Positions 9,466 through 18,423 of a stretch of DNA of 32,542 nucleotides are shown one piece after another. The stretch spans positions 1 to 32,542 of the forward strand of contig JAOUQA010000001.1 of assembly GCA_029879605.1 (NCBI GenBank). The letters are read 5' to 3'. Both the position numbers and the translations under genes were made by a program. Below the pieces are notes generated by a model that made no database searches, was not told where the DNA came from, and saw only the letters and a list, made by a program, of their open reading frames with translations. The stretch comes from Gammaproteobacteria bacterium. Lineage in GTDB: Bacteria > Pseudomonadota > Gammaproteobacteria > SZUA-229. Each line of letters starts with the position of its first letter. The first letter of the stretch is position 1.

Positions 9466-11193
9466 ATGGACCATCTAACTCCCCCCTACCAAGGTCAGTT
9501 AATAAATCTGCTACTAGATGCAGCGGATGCATATGAATTAGAAGCTAATTCAGAAAATTTTGTGAATATTACCTTGTCGCAACGTCAACAGTGTGATCTT
9601 GAGATGTTGTTAAATGGGTCACTGTCACCATTGACTGGATTTATGACGGAAGATATTTATAATTCGGTAATAGCTAATACATGTTTGCCAGATGGTGTTG
9701 TATGGCCAATACCATACTGTCTTGATATTGACGAAAATCATGCCTCTAACATAGTAATTGGTTCACGAGTAGCGCTAAGAGATACTGAAGGTTTCATGCC
9801 AGCAGTTATGGAGGTTCAGAGTATTTGGCGTCCGGATCTGGAAAAAGAGGCGAAGTCAATTTATGGTACAGTAGATGCGTCACATCCTGGTGTTAATTAC
9901 CTGCTCAATTCGGTCAAGCCGGTATATATAGGTGGGCCTATTTATGGGATTCAATTACCATTTCATTATGATTTTGAGAATTTACGTCATACGCCTCAAG
10001 AGCTGAGACAGAAGTTCATTAAATCAGGATGGAGAAACGTGGTGGCTTTTCATACAAGCAAGCCAATGCATCGAGTGCATCGTGAGATCACTCTTTGTGC
10101 TGCAAAGCAGGCAAATGCGCACGTGTTAATACATCCTATAGTTGGGATGTCAAAGCCAGGTGATATTCATTATCATGCTCGAGTTCATTGTTATCAAGCT
10201 ATGTTAGAGTATTACCCTAAGAATCTTGTAGGGTTGTCGTTATTGCCAATGGCTATGCGTATGGCTGGACCAAGAGAAGCCTTAATGAACGCGATAATAC
10301 GCCAGAATTATGGCTGTAGCCACTATATTATTGGTAAGGAGCACGCAGCACCTCCAAACGTACGTGATGATGCAAAAAGATTTTATCCTACTGGTTCCGC
10401 GCAGGAATATGTAAAAAAATTTGAAAGCAGTCTAGATATTAAAGTTATTGATATTGATGAGCTTTATTACAATGAAAATCAGGAAAAATTTGTTAGTTAT
10501 AATGAAGCTGAAATAGATAATGCTGGTATAAAAAATTTTTCTAATAGTATGATCATAAATGCAATTCAAAAAGGTGAGGATATTCCCACATGGGTTACTT
10601 ATCCTGGCGTTATATCAGCAATAAAGTCAGCGTGCCCGCCTCGTTCAGAGCAGGGTATTACATTGTTTTTTACTGGTCTGTCAGGTTCGGGAAAATCAAC
10701 CTTGGCTCGTATCATCTATGCAAAATTTATTGAAGAGGGAGGGCGTCCAGTCACCCTTCTTGATGGTGATGTAGTGAGACATAACTTGTCTAGTGAATTA
10801 GGTTTTTCAAGAAAAGACAGGGATATAAATGTAAAAAGAATTGGTTATGTTGCAAGTGAGATCACAAAGAATCGCGGAATAGCTATATGTGCGCCAATTG
10901 CTCCGTACGCAAATATGCGTAGAGAAGTTAGAAAAAATATTGAACAATATGGTGCTTTTATTGAAATTCATGTAGCTACCTCACTTGAAGAATGTGAAAG
11001 ACGTGATCGTAAAGGACTCTATAAAAAAGCTAGAAAAGGGCTTATTCCGGAATTTACAGGTATAAGTGATCCATATGAGATACCAGAAAATCCAGAGATT
11101 AGGATTGATACTCAAAATATGACGCCAATGGAAGCAGCGCAAGAAGTGTATCTTTATTTGTTGGGAGAAGGCTATATTGGTCAGGGCTTGTAA
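9466..11193 (+). CDS. Two-domain ATP-sulfurylase-like / adenylylsulfate (APS) kinase protein (PAPS synthesis)
   Basis: The N-terminal ~390 aa has the ATP sulfurylase fold motifs in modified form (FHTSKPMHRVHRE, IHPIVGMSKPGD, IIGKEHAA). The C-terminal ~180 aa is a canonical APS kinase: P-loop FFTGLSGSGKSTLA, then LDGDVVRHNL and LGFSRKDRDINVKRIGYVA. Confidence 0.9.
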   Translation: MDHLTPPYQGQLINLLLDAADAYELEANSENFVNITLSQRQQCDLEMLLNGSLSPLTGFMTEDIYNSVIANTCLPDGVVWPIPYCLDIDENHASNIVIGSRVALRDTEGFMPAVMEVQSIWRPDLEKEAKSIYGTVDASHPGVNYLLNSVKPVYIGGPIYGIQLPFHYDFENLRHTPQELRQKFIKSGWRNVVAFHTSKPMHRVHREITLCAAKQANAHVLIHPIVGMSKPGDIHYHARVHCYQAMLEYYPKNLVGLSLLPMAMRMAGPREALMNAIIRQNYGCSHYIIGKEHAAPPNVRDDAKRFYPTGSAQEYVKKFESSLDIKVIDIDELYYNENQEKFVSYNEAEIDNAGIKNFSNSMIINAIQKGEDIPTWVTYPGVISAIKSACPPRSEQGITLFFTGLSGSGKSTLARIIYAKFIEEGGRPVTLLDGDVVRHNLSSELGFSRKDRDINVKRIGYVASEITKNRGIAICAPIAPYANMRREVRKNIEQYGAFIEIHVATSLEECERRDRKGLYKKARKGLIPEFTGISDPYEIPENPEIRIDTQNMTPMEAAQEVYLYLLGEGYIGQGL

Positions 11194-11328
11194 GTCGTTA
11201 TAGAGGCAGCGGCTTTTATAAAGAGAGACGCCGTAGTAGCTAATATGATGGCAAAAGTTATTAATATAACGGTACTACTAATATTTGTTGTTTAAGAATA
11301 ATTATGAATATATTGGATGTTTAATATA

Positions 11329-13713
11329 ATGAAAAACTATAGATTATTATTCGTATTAATGTTGGCTGTTAATTTGTTGTCTGCGTGTGGTGGGGCAGAT
11401 GAAAGAAAGGTAGCTTATATAGAAAAAGCCGAAAGCTGGCTTGCTGATGGTAATTATGATAAAGCGCGAATAGAACTTCAAAATGCTTTACAGATTGACC
11501 CAAAATATGCCTATGCACATTATAAGCTAGGTGAGGTGCATGAGCACAATCGTAATTATCAGAAAGCATTTATATCTTATCAAAGAGCTGTGGATTACGA
11601 TAAAAATAATCTTGATTATAGAGCAAAAATTGGTCGTTTTTATCTTGTATTAGCCGGTGATTTAGAAAAAGCGATAGAGATAAGAGATTTTATTTCGGCT
11701 AATGATAAAAATAATATAAATGGTAAATTGCTTGATGCTGGAATTTATCTGCAGCAAGGGAATATTGATGAAGCAAAGAAAATATCAAAAGATATATATT
11801 TGTCGCAACCAGAAATGGTGGAAAATATCCAATTTCTTTCACTGCTTTATTCAAAAGAAAAATCATATGATGAATCTATCGGTGTTCTTGCTACGGGGAT
11901 ACAGAGAAACCCTAATGATCGCTCATTAAAATACATGCTGGCAAATACATATCAAATAGCTGGTAAATATGATTACGCAGAAGCCCTATATAAGAAAATT
12001 ATTGAAGCTGCTCCAGATAATTTGGACAACTATATAAAATTAGCTGTTTTTTATAGAGAAATCGGAAATGTTGATAAGGCTGAGGAAACTTTGCGAAATG
12101 CAAGTGAAGTGGATTCAAGTGACGTTCAAAGAAAATTAGTGTTAGTTGACTTTATACAAAAAAACAAAGGATTACAAAATGCAATAGATGAATTGATGGT
12201 GCTTGTTAGCAAGTATCCAGAAATGAGTGAGTTAAAGCTTGCATTGGGTCGGCTATATGTTGCTCAGAAAAAAATTGATGACGCAGAAAAAATATTCTTG
12301 CAAGCAATATCAGATTCTTCTGATGATTCAGTAGGCATTATGTCAAGAGTGGATCTTGCTAATTTGTACATGATGAATAATAAGGTCGATCAGGCTGTCA
12401 GTGTTATTAAAGAAGCGGCTAAAATATCTCCGAATGACGCAGATGTAAATTTCGTCAGGGCAAAATTATTGCTTGTAACTAAAGATTATGACGGTGCAAT
12501 AATCTCGTTAAGAACTGTTCTTAAGGATAATCCTGAAAACATCCAGGCGTACTTACTGCTTGCATCATTGCATAACGCTAAAGGGGAAACTGATCATGCT
12601 AAATTGGTATTAAATCAGGCATATGAGAATAATCGAGCTATTGCTGAGAATCTAATGGCTCTTTCAAAATATCATGATAAAAATAAGAACTATGCTGAAT
12701 TAGAAAAAGTAATTGATAGTGTTTTAATTATAGATGCAAAGAACTATGATGCATTGACATATAAAGCTAAGCTATTTAATCAGAAAGAGAGATTTTCTGA
12801 AGCGCGATCAAAGGCTGAATTATTGATTGAAGCATATTCAGACATGCCAAGCGGATATATTGAGTCAGTACCATATTACATTAATCTAAATGAAATATCT
12901 GAAGCCATTAGTTTGTTGGAAAAGGGATATGAGAAGGTTTCTGATAAATCAAAAATTCAAGAGTACCTGACTCGTCTCTATATCAATGCTAAAAAATTCA
13001 ATGAAGCTACAGAAATGATACAGAATGCTCTTAAAGAAAGTGGAGAGTCAGCTGAGTTATATATGCTTTTGGCAAATGTCCAAATATCTTCTAATGATCT
13101 AGCTAATGCTCAGTCTAGCTTGGATAAGGCAAGGAATATTAATCCAGACTGGAACGAGCCCTATCTGATGCTGGCAAATTTGTCTATAGCTAATAACCAG
13201 CATGCTAATGCCATCAATATTCTACAGGAAGGACTGGCCAGGCAAAGCGATGACCTGAAGTTGTCATTAGTTCTTGCTAAAGTGTACGAAAATATGGGTG
13301 ACTATAATAAAGCAATCGAAGTATATGAAAAATCATACGCGATAAATAATAGTAATATGATTTTGGCTAATAACCTAGCATCATTATTATCTGATCATCG
13401 TGATGATGAAAATAGTCTAAAACGTGCTAAAGAGTTGGCTGATAGGTTAATGCCTATCGAACAGGCTGTTACTCGTGATACTGTTGGCTGGGTATATTAT
13501 CGGCTTGGCAAATATGATGAAGCATTAAATATTATAAGGCCAGTTGTAGATAAGCATCCTGATGTGCCGATGTTTAATTATCATTATGGAATGGCTCTGT
13601 ATAAATCAGGTGATGAGGCAGGAGCTAAATTATATTTAGAGCGCTCTGTAACAAGTGAAATATCATTCTTTGGTAAGAGTGAAGCAGAGGCTTATCTTAA
13701 AAAGCTACAGTAA
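11329..13713 (+). CDS. prsT: PEP-CTERM system TPR-repeat lipoprotein PrsT
   Basis: ORF 11317..13713. ATG 11329 gives MKNYRLLFVLMLAVNLLSACGG, a lipoprotein signal with lipobox LLSAC. About 790 aa of consecutive TPR-like repeats follow (A..Y..A...DP.N pattern throughout). It lies directly upstream of prsK-prsR. Confidence 0.8.
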   Translation: MKNYRLLFVLMLAVNLLSACGGADERKVAYIEKAESWLADGNYDKARIELQNALQIDPKYAYAHYKLGEVHEHNRNYQKAFISYQRAVDYDKNNLDYRAKIGRFYLVLAGDLEKAIEIRDFISANDKNNINGKLLDAGIYLQQGNIDEAKKISKDIYLSQPEMVENIQFLSLLYSKEKSYDESIGVLATGIQRNPNDRSLKYMLANTYQIAGKYDYAEALYKKIIEAAPDNLDNYIKLAVFYREIGNVDKAEETLRNASEVDSSDVQRKLVLVDFIQKNKGLQNAIDELMVLVSKYPEMSELKLALGRLYVAQKKIDDAEKIFLQAISDSSDDSVGIMSRVDLANLYMMNNKVDQAVSVIKEAAKISPNDADVNFVRAKLLLVTKDYDGAIISLRTVLKDNPENIQAYLLLASLHNAKGETDHAKLVLNQAYENNRAIAENLMALSKYHDKNKNYAELEKVIDSVLIIDAKNYDALTYKAKLFNQKERFSEARSKAELLIEAYSDMPSGYIESVPYYINLNEISEAISLLEKGYEKVSDKSKIQEYLTRLYINAKKFNEATEMIQNALKESGESAELYMLLANVQISSNDLANAQSSLDKARNINPDWNEPYLMLANLSIANNQHANAINILQEGLARQSDDLKLSLVLAKVYENMGDYNKAIEVYEKSYAINNSNMILANNLASLLSDHRDDENSLKRAKELADRLMPIEQAVTRDTVGWVYYRLGKYDEALNIIRPVVDKHPDVPMFNYHYGMALYKSGDEAGAKLYLERSVTSEISFFGKSEAEAYLKKLQ

Positions 13714-13789
13714 AGATGCTTAAATGATAATTGTCGATAATTTACTATTATGTATGATGTCCAGGTAACATAGGAAAAAGCTGCATATA

Positions 13790-15856
13790 ATGAATATCGG
13801 ATCAGTTGGCTATTCGATTACATCGCTTACATTTTTTATATTCTTTACGATTCTAGTAACTGATAAGCATAAAGGGCCGACCAAAAAACTTCTTCTGGCC
13901 GCTGCATTTTTAAGCAGTATCTGGTCGCTTTCAATGTCGTATCAGGCTGTAACGGGCTATGACCTAATTACGCCACAAGTTTTAGAGTTCATTAAAAGCA
14001 TTGCATGGATAACGCTTCTTCTTAGGATGTTGAGCGTTGCTTATGGGCTGGGTATTACGAGAAATGGATTTTTTATCTCGATAGGGTCCATAGTTGTCTT
14101 TGTTTCGCTTATGACGTTACCAGTTCTGTACCATTATTTTCATGATGGCGATACTGAACTTGGCAGTAATTTCAATTACTTGTTAGCTAGTCATCTTTTA
14201 TTATCTGTAATTGGAATTGTTCTTGTAGAGCAGCTATATAGAAATACGCAGCCTGAGCAGAGATGGGTTATTAAATTTTTATGTCTTGGTTTGGGAGGAA
14301 TGTATGTTTTTGACTTTTACATGTATTCAGATGGGCTTTTGTATAAGCGGATAGATTTAACATTGTGGCATGCGAGAGGATTTGTAGATGCTCTTGTAGT
14401 TCCATTAATTGGTATAGCAGTTATAAGAGACCCTCTCTGGTCGCCAGAAATATTTATTTCAAGAAAAGTTGTGTTCCACACCACAACACTGCTGGCCAGT
14501 GCAGTTTATCTTATGACTATGGGGATAGCTGGGTATTATGTGCGCGACTATGGTGGTAGTTGGGGATTAGTTGCCCAAGCATTTCTATTATTTTTTACAA
14601 TATTATCTCTACTGTTGTTTCTTTTTTCTGAGCGTATACGTGCACGCTGGAAGGTTCTGCTTAATAAACACTTCTACCCCTATAAGTACGATTATCGAGA
14701 TGAATGGTTAAGATTTATACGTACTATATCTAGTTCAGAAGGTGAGCAAAGTTTTTATACTAAGACAATAATTTCTATTGCTCAAATTATTGATAGCCCA
14801 GGTGGGATGCTATGGCTTTATAATGAACATGATGGTTTGTATGAGTGCGTTGAAACATATCATATGCCAATGGTTAATGATAAAGAATTGGCTGAGTCGT
14901 CTTTGGTGCAGTTTATGGCTGAAAATGAATTTGTTATCAGTGTCGATGAGTTTTATGTGGCTCCAGAGGTATATAAGCGACTTGGTTGTCTAGAGCTGCC
15001 ATCATGGGTTGATGAGGTATCAGCTTGGTTAATAGTTCCACTAATACATATTGATGATTTGATTGGATTTATCGTGCTTAATCACTCTAGAATTGATAAT
15101 AAACATTTTAACTGGGAAGATAGCGATTTATTAAATACAGTTGCAAGGCAAGCAGCATCATTTATTGTGCAGCGAGAAGTCTCAGAAGCTTTAGCTGAAG
15201 CAAGACAGTTTGAGAATTATAATAAACTATCAACTTACATGGTTCATGATATAAAAAATCTTGTTACCCAGTTGTCGCTAATTACTAGTAATGCGGAAAA
15301 GCATAAGGCAAATCCACTATTTGTAGATGATGTAATTAAGACAATTATAAATTCCGTAGATAAAATGAACATTATGATGAATATGTTGCAGGGAAAATCT
15401 GTGAATAAGCCATTTATTATAGTGAATATTATTGAGTTATTACATGAGCTTGTTATTAATAGAAAAAATGCTGGTGTTATGCCAGCTCCTATATTAACTT
15501 GTAAGGATGAGCAATGTAATGTGGTCTGTGATCGTGAGCAGCTTTTTTCGATTGTAGGACACCTTATTCAGAATGCACAAGATGCAACTGAAAGTGACGG
15601 CAGAATAGATTTGATACTTTCAACTCATGATGGATGGGTTGTAATAGAGGTGAAAGATACGGGCTGTGGTATGTCAGATCAATATATAAAAAATGAATTG
15701 TTTAAGCCCTTTAAATCAACAAAAGGTGGTAGAGGTATGGGAATCGGAGTTTATGAGGTTAGAGAAATTATCACTTCTTTTGGTGGAAAGGTTGATGTAG
15801 CAAGTGAGGTAGGTGTTGGCACATCTTTTAAAGTCATGATTCCAGCTAAGAAATAA
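13790..15856 (+). CDS. prsK: PEP-CTERM system sensor histidine kinase PrsK
   Basis: The N-terminal ~290 aa is polytopic membrane protein. A GAF-like segment follows (GGMLWLYNEHDG...WLIVPLIHIDDLIGFIVLNH). Kinase boxes are present: H-box MVHDIKNLVTQLSLI, N-box LIQNAQDAT, G1 VKDTGCGM and G2 GRGMGIGVY. It is adjacent to prsR. Confidence 0.85.
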   Translation: MNIGSVGYSITSLTFFIFFTILVTDKHKGPTKKLLLAAAFLSSIWSLSMSYQAVTGYDLITPQVLEFIKSIAWITLLLRMLSVAYGLGITRNGFFISIGSIVVFVSLMTLPVLYHYFHDGDTELGSNFNYLLASHLLLSVIGIVLVEQLYRNTQPEQRWVIKFLCLGLGGMYVFDFYMYSDGLLYKRIDLTLWHARGFVDALVVPLIGIAVIRDPLWSPEIFISRKVVFHTTTLLASAVYLMTMGIAGYYVRDYGGSWGLVAQAFLLFFTILSLLLFLFSERIRARWKVLLNKHFYPYKYDYRDEWLRFIRTISSSEGEQSFYTKTIISIAQIIDSPGGMLWLYNEHDGLYECVETYHMPMVNDKELAESSLVQFMAENEFVISVDEFYVAPEVYKRLGCLELPSWVDEVSAWLIVPLIHIDDLIGFIVLNHSRIDNKHFNWEDSDLLNTVARQAASFIVQREVSEALAEARQFENYNKLSTYMVHDIKNLVTQLSLITSNAEKHKANPLFVDDVIKTIINSVDKMNIMMNMLQGKSVNKPFIIVNIIELLHELVINRKNAGVMPAPILTCKDEQCNVVCDREQLFSIVGHLIQNAQDATESDGRIDLILSTHDGWVVIEVKDTGCGMSDQYIKNELFKPFKSTKGGRGMGIGVYEVREIITSFGGKVDVASEVGVGTSFKVMIPAKK

Positions 15857-15912
15857 TATATTTTTATGTTAAATATTTCGACAATACTTATTTTTTGTGT
15901 TAAACATAACTG

Positions 15913-17268
15913 ATGTCCATAGATAACAATAGATTGCTGATAGTAGAAGATGATCCTGGTTTGCAAAGTCAAATCAGGTGGTGCTTTGAAGATTATGATG
16001 TATTGCTTGCTGAGGATCGTGAAAGCGCACTTGAACAAATTCGATTATATAAGCCAGCAGTCGTTACATTAGACCTCGGTTTGCCACCTGAAATAGATAA
16101 TGTGTCTGAAGGCATTGCTACACTTAAGCAAATATTAGAGATTGATCCAAATACCAAGGTTATAGTAGTTACAGGACAGGACGAGAAAGAGAATGCTGTA
16201 CAAGCTGTAGGTCTTGGTGCGTATGATTTTTACTCAAAACCCTTCCAACCGGAGATTCTTAGCCTTATTGTCAGGCGTGCATTCAGGTTGCATGATTTAG
16301 AAAGAGAAAACAGGGTTTTACAGGACACCTCTAAACATGAGCATTTTAATGGAGTTATTGCCTGTAGCCCGCAGATGCAAAGTGTCTGTAAGGCTATAGA
16401 AAAAATTGCTCCGTCAGATGCAACAGTATTATTACTCGGAGAAAGTGGAACTGGTAAAGAAATTTGTGCGCGTGGGCTTCATGTGAAGGGAAGGCGTAGT
16501 CAGGGTAATTTTGTCGCAATTAACTGCGCTGCAATTCCTGACAATTTATTAGAAAGTGAGCTTTTTGGTTATGAGAAAGGCGCATTTACAGGAGCGGTAA
16601 AACAAACGATAGGTAAAATTGAATACGCTGATGGTGGAACGTTATTTCTTGATGAAATGGGAGATTTGCCTTTTTCGTTGCAGGCAAAGTTATTGCGTTT
16701 TTTGCAGGAGCGAGTCATTGAGCGTATTGGTAGCCATAAGCCAATACCAGTAAATGTACGTATAGTCTGTGCAACACATCAAAACTTGCGAGAAAAGATT
16801 GAGAAAGGAGAATTCAGGGAAGATCTTTTTTACAGGATCAGTGAGATCCCGATAGAAATACCTCCATTAAGAGATCGTGAGGGCGATATAATATTGTTAG
16901 CTAAATATTTTTTCAATGAATATAACGAGGAACAGGGTAGTAAGTTAAAAGGATTTAGTAGTGATGCGCTTTTAGCTATGGAATCATACGGATGGCCAGG
17001 TAATGTACGTGAGTTGCAAAATCGTATTAAAAGAGCAGTAATAATGTGTGATGGTAAACAAATTACGGCATCAGACCTTGAGCTTGATAAAACCTCAGCA
17101 GATAGAATGAATTTTAATTTGACTGAGCTTCGAGAAAAAGTAGAACGTCAGGCTATACTTAGAGCACTGTCTTATGCAAATGGTAAAGTTGCTCCGGCGG
17201 CCAAATTGTTAGGAGTTAGTCGACCAACTTTATACGATTTAATCAACAAACTGGATATCAAATACTAA
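15913..17268 (+). CDS. prsR: Sigma-54-dependent response regulator PrsR (REC + AAA+ sigma-54 interaction domain + Fis-type HTH)
   Basis: The receiver domain has LLIVEDDPGL and the phospho-acceptor context VVTLDLGLPP. The AAA+ domain has Walker A GESGTGKE, the GAFTGA loop (EKGAFTGA) and Walker B LFLDEMG. The C-terminal HTH is AAKLLGVSRPTLYDLINK. Confidence 0.9.
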   Translation: MSIDNNRLLIVEDDPGLQSQIRWCFEDYDVLLAEDRESALEQIRLYKPAVVTLDLGLPPEIDNVSEGIATLKQILEIDPNTKVIVVTGQDEKENAVQAVGLGAYDFYSKPFQPEILSLIVRRAFRLHDLERENRVLQDTSKHEHFNGVIACSPQMQSVCKAIEKIAPSDATVLLLGESGTGKEICARGLHVKGRRSQGNFVAINCAAIPDNLLESELFGYEKGAFTGAVKQTIGKIEYADGGTLFLDEMGDLPFSLQAKLLRFLQERVIERIGSHKPIPVNVRIVCATHQNLREKIEKGEFREDLFYRISEIPIEIPPLRDREGDIILLAKYFFNEYNEEQGSKLKGFSSDALLAMESYGWPGNVRELQNRIKRAVIMCDGKQITASDLELDKTSADRMNFNLTELREKVERQAILRALSYANGKVAPAAKLLGVSRPTLYDLINKLDIKY

Positions 17269-17279
17269 AAAATTTCAGT

Positions 17280-18386
17280 TTACTGGAGTTGTTCTTTAGA
17301 TAGCTTGCAGTATAAGATCTCATATGATGCGTACTGATTTAGTCCAAATGTTGGGTTTGAGCGCTGTTCCTGAGGAGAGTCACCGCTGTACATTTTAATC
17401 CGTATCGGCTTCATTCCTCTATTAAGTAGCTCACTATATAAATCATTTATAACCCGTTTCCTGTCAATAAATTCCTGGTCTGTATCGCCTGAGCCTATTG
17501 TGGTTATGAAGTCTGCCTGAGAATCTATAACACGGCCAATACTGCTTATATAGCCGGGTATATCCGTATAAGCCCTGGGCTCAAGTCGGTATGCTGTTAT
17601 TAATGTTCTGGGTTTGAGTGCATTACATGCAATTGCCTCTGAAACTTCATCAAGGCCGATGTATACGTCTTTGTTAATAGCATGGATATTTTTCTGGCTA
17701 TTAAGGTGCTCATAAGTGTCTTTCATATTTATATCATTATCAATTAGCACGATGTCATAGGCATGTGATTGAATCGTGCTCAGCTTGATAGGGGCGCCAC
17801 TTGTCAAAGGATTCATTGCAATATGTGGTGTTAAGTGAGTTGCAACCCGGTCTCGGATACCGATGGAGCTTCCGGTTGACAGTTGATAGTGCTCTGGAGC
17901 TATAGTTAGTAGACCGAGAATTTTTAATGTCTGTATGACTCGAATAGTGTCTGCATTATTGAGCCTTACCGCCATATTCTGCCCCAGAGTTGGCTGCGTT
18001 TTTATGGCACTAGTGATGGCCATGTTTAAAAATTCATCTGACATGCTGATATCAACTGTACTAAGGGGAATTGACCAGCCGTTAAAAACTTCACAGCTTG
18101 CTGCAAGATTAACGCAGGTAAATAAATGGTTAGATCTAACAGGTTCAACGGAAGCATCGATTAAGTTATCTTTACTAAGTAACTCTAATAAATTATTTCC
18201 CAGAATGGCCGAGCGTCTCTCATGTAGGAAGGCATTGTAATTAGCAAATAATGGTGCAATGCTCGCCCCCGCCCTTGATTGAAATAAATTAATTAGCATT
18301 TTAAGCTCATATGAATAGCCTTGAATGGCAAGCTTTAAAATATCATTTATTGACAGGCGTTCGTCATGTGACATGTCTATTTCCAA
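17280..18386 (-). CDS. Hypothetical protein (368 aa), no recognisable family
   Basis: A long uninterrupted ORF with no TM or signal peptide, 37 bp downstream of and co-directional with the TPR-sulfotransferase at 18424-20604. I found no catalytic motif I can name. Coding status is inferred from length and operon position. Confidence 0.6.
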   Translation of the reverse strand: MEIDMSHDERLSINDILKLAIQGYSYELKMLINLFQSRAGASIAPLFANYNAFLHERRSAILGNNLLELLSKDNLIDASVEPVRSNHLFTCVNLAASCEVFNGWSIPLSTVDISMSDEFLNMAITSAIKTQPTLGQNMAVRLNNADTIRVIQTLKILGLLTIAPEHYQLSTGSSIGIRDRVATHLTPHIAMNPLTSGAPIKLSTIQSHAYDIVLIDNDINMKDTYEHLNSQKNIHAINKDVYIGLDEVSEAIACNALKPRTLITAYRLEPRAYTDIPGYISSIGRVIDSQADFITTIGSGDTDQEFIDRKRVINDLYSELLNRGMKPIRIKMYSGDSPQEQRSNPTFGLNQYASYEILYCKLSKEQLQ

Positions 18387-18423
18387 AAAAGACTGAAATG
18401 CTGTTTCAACAGTGAGTGAGGAT

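Noticed and set aside
11243-11293. Micro-ORF MMAKVINITVLLIFVV (16 aa) between the APS-kinase gene and prsT
   Set aside because: It is very short, has no RBS and is hydrophobic by chance in AT-rich DNA. There is no supporting evidence.
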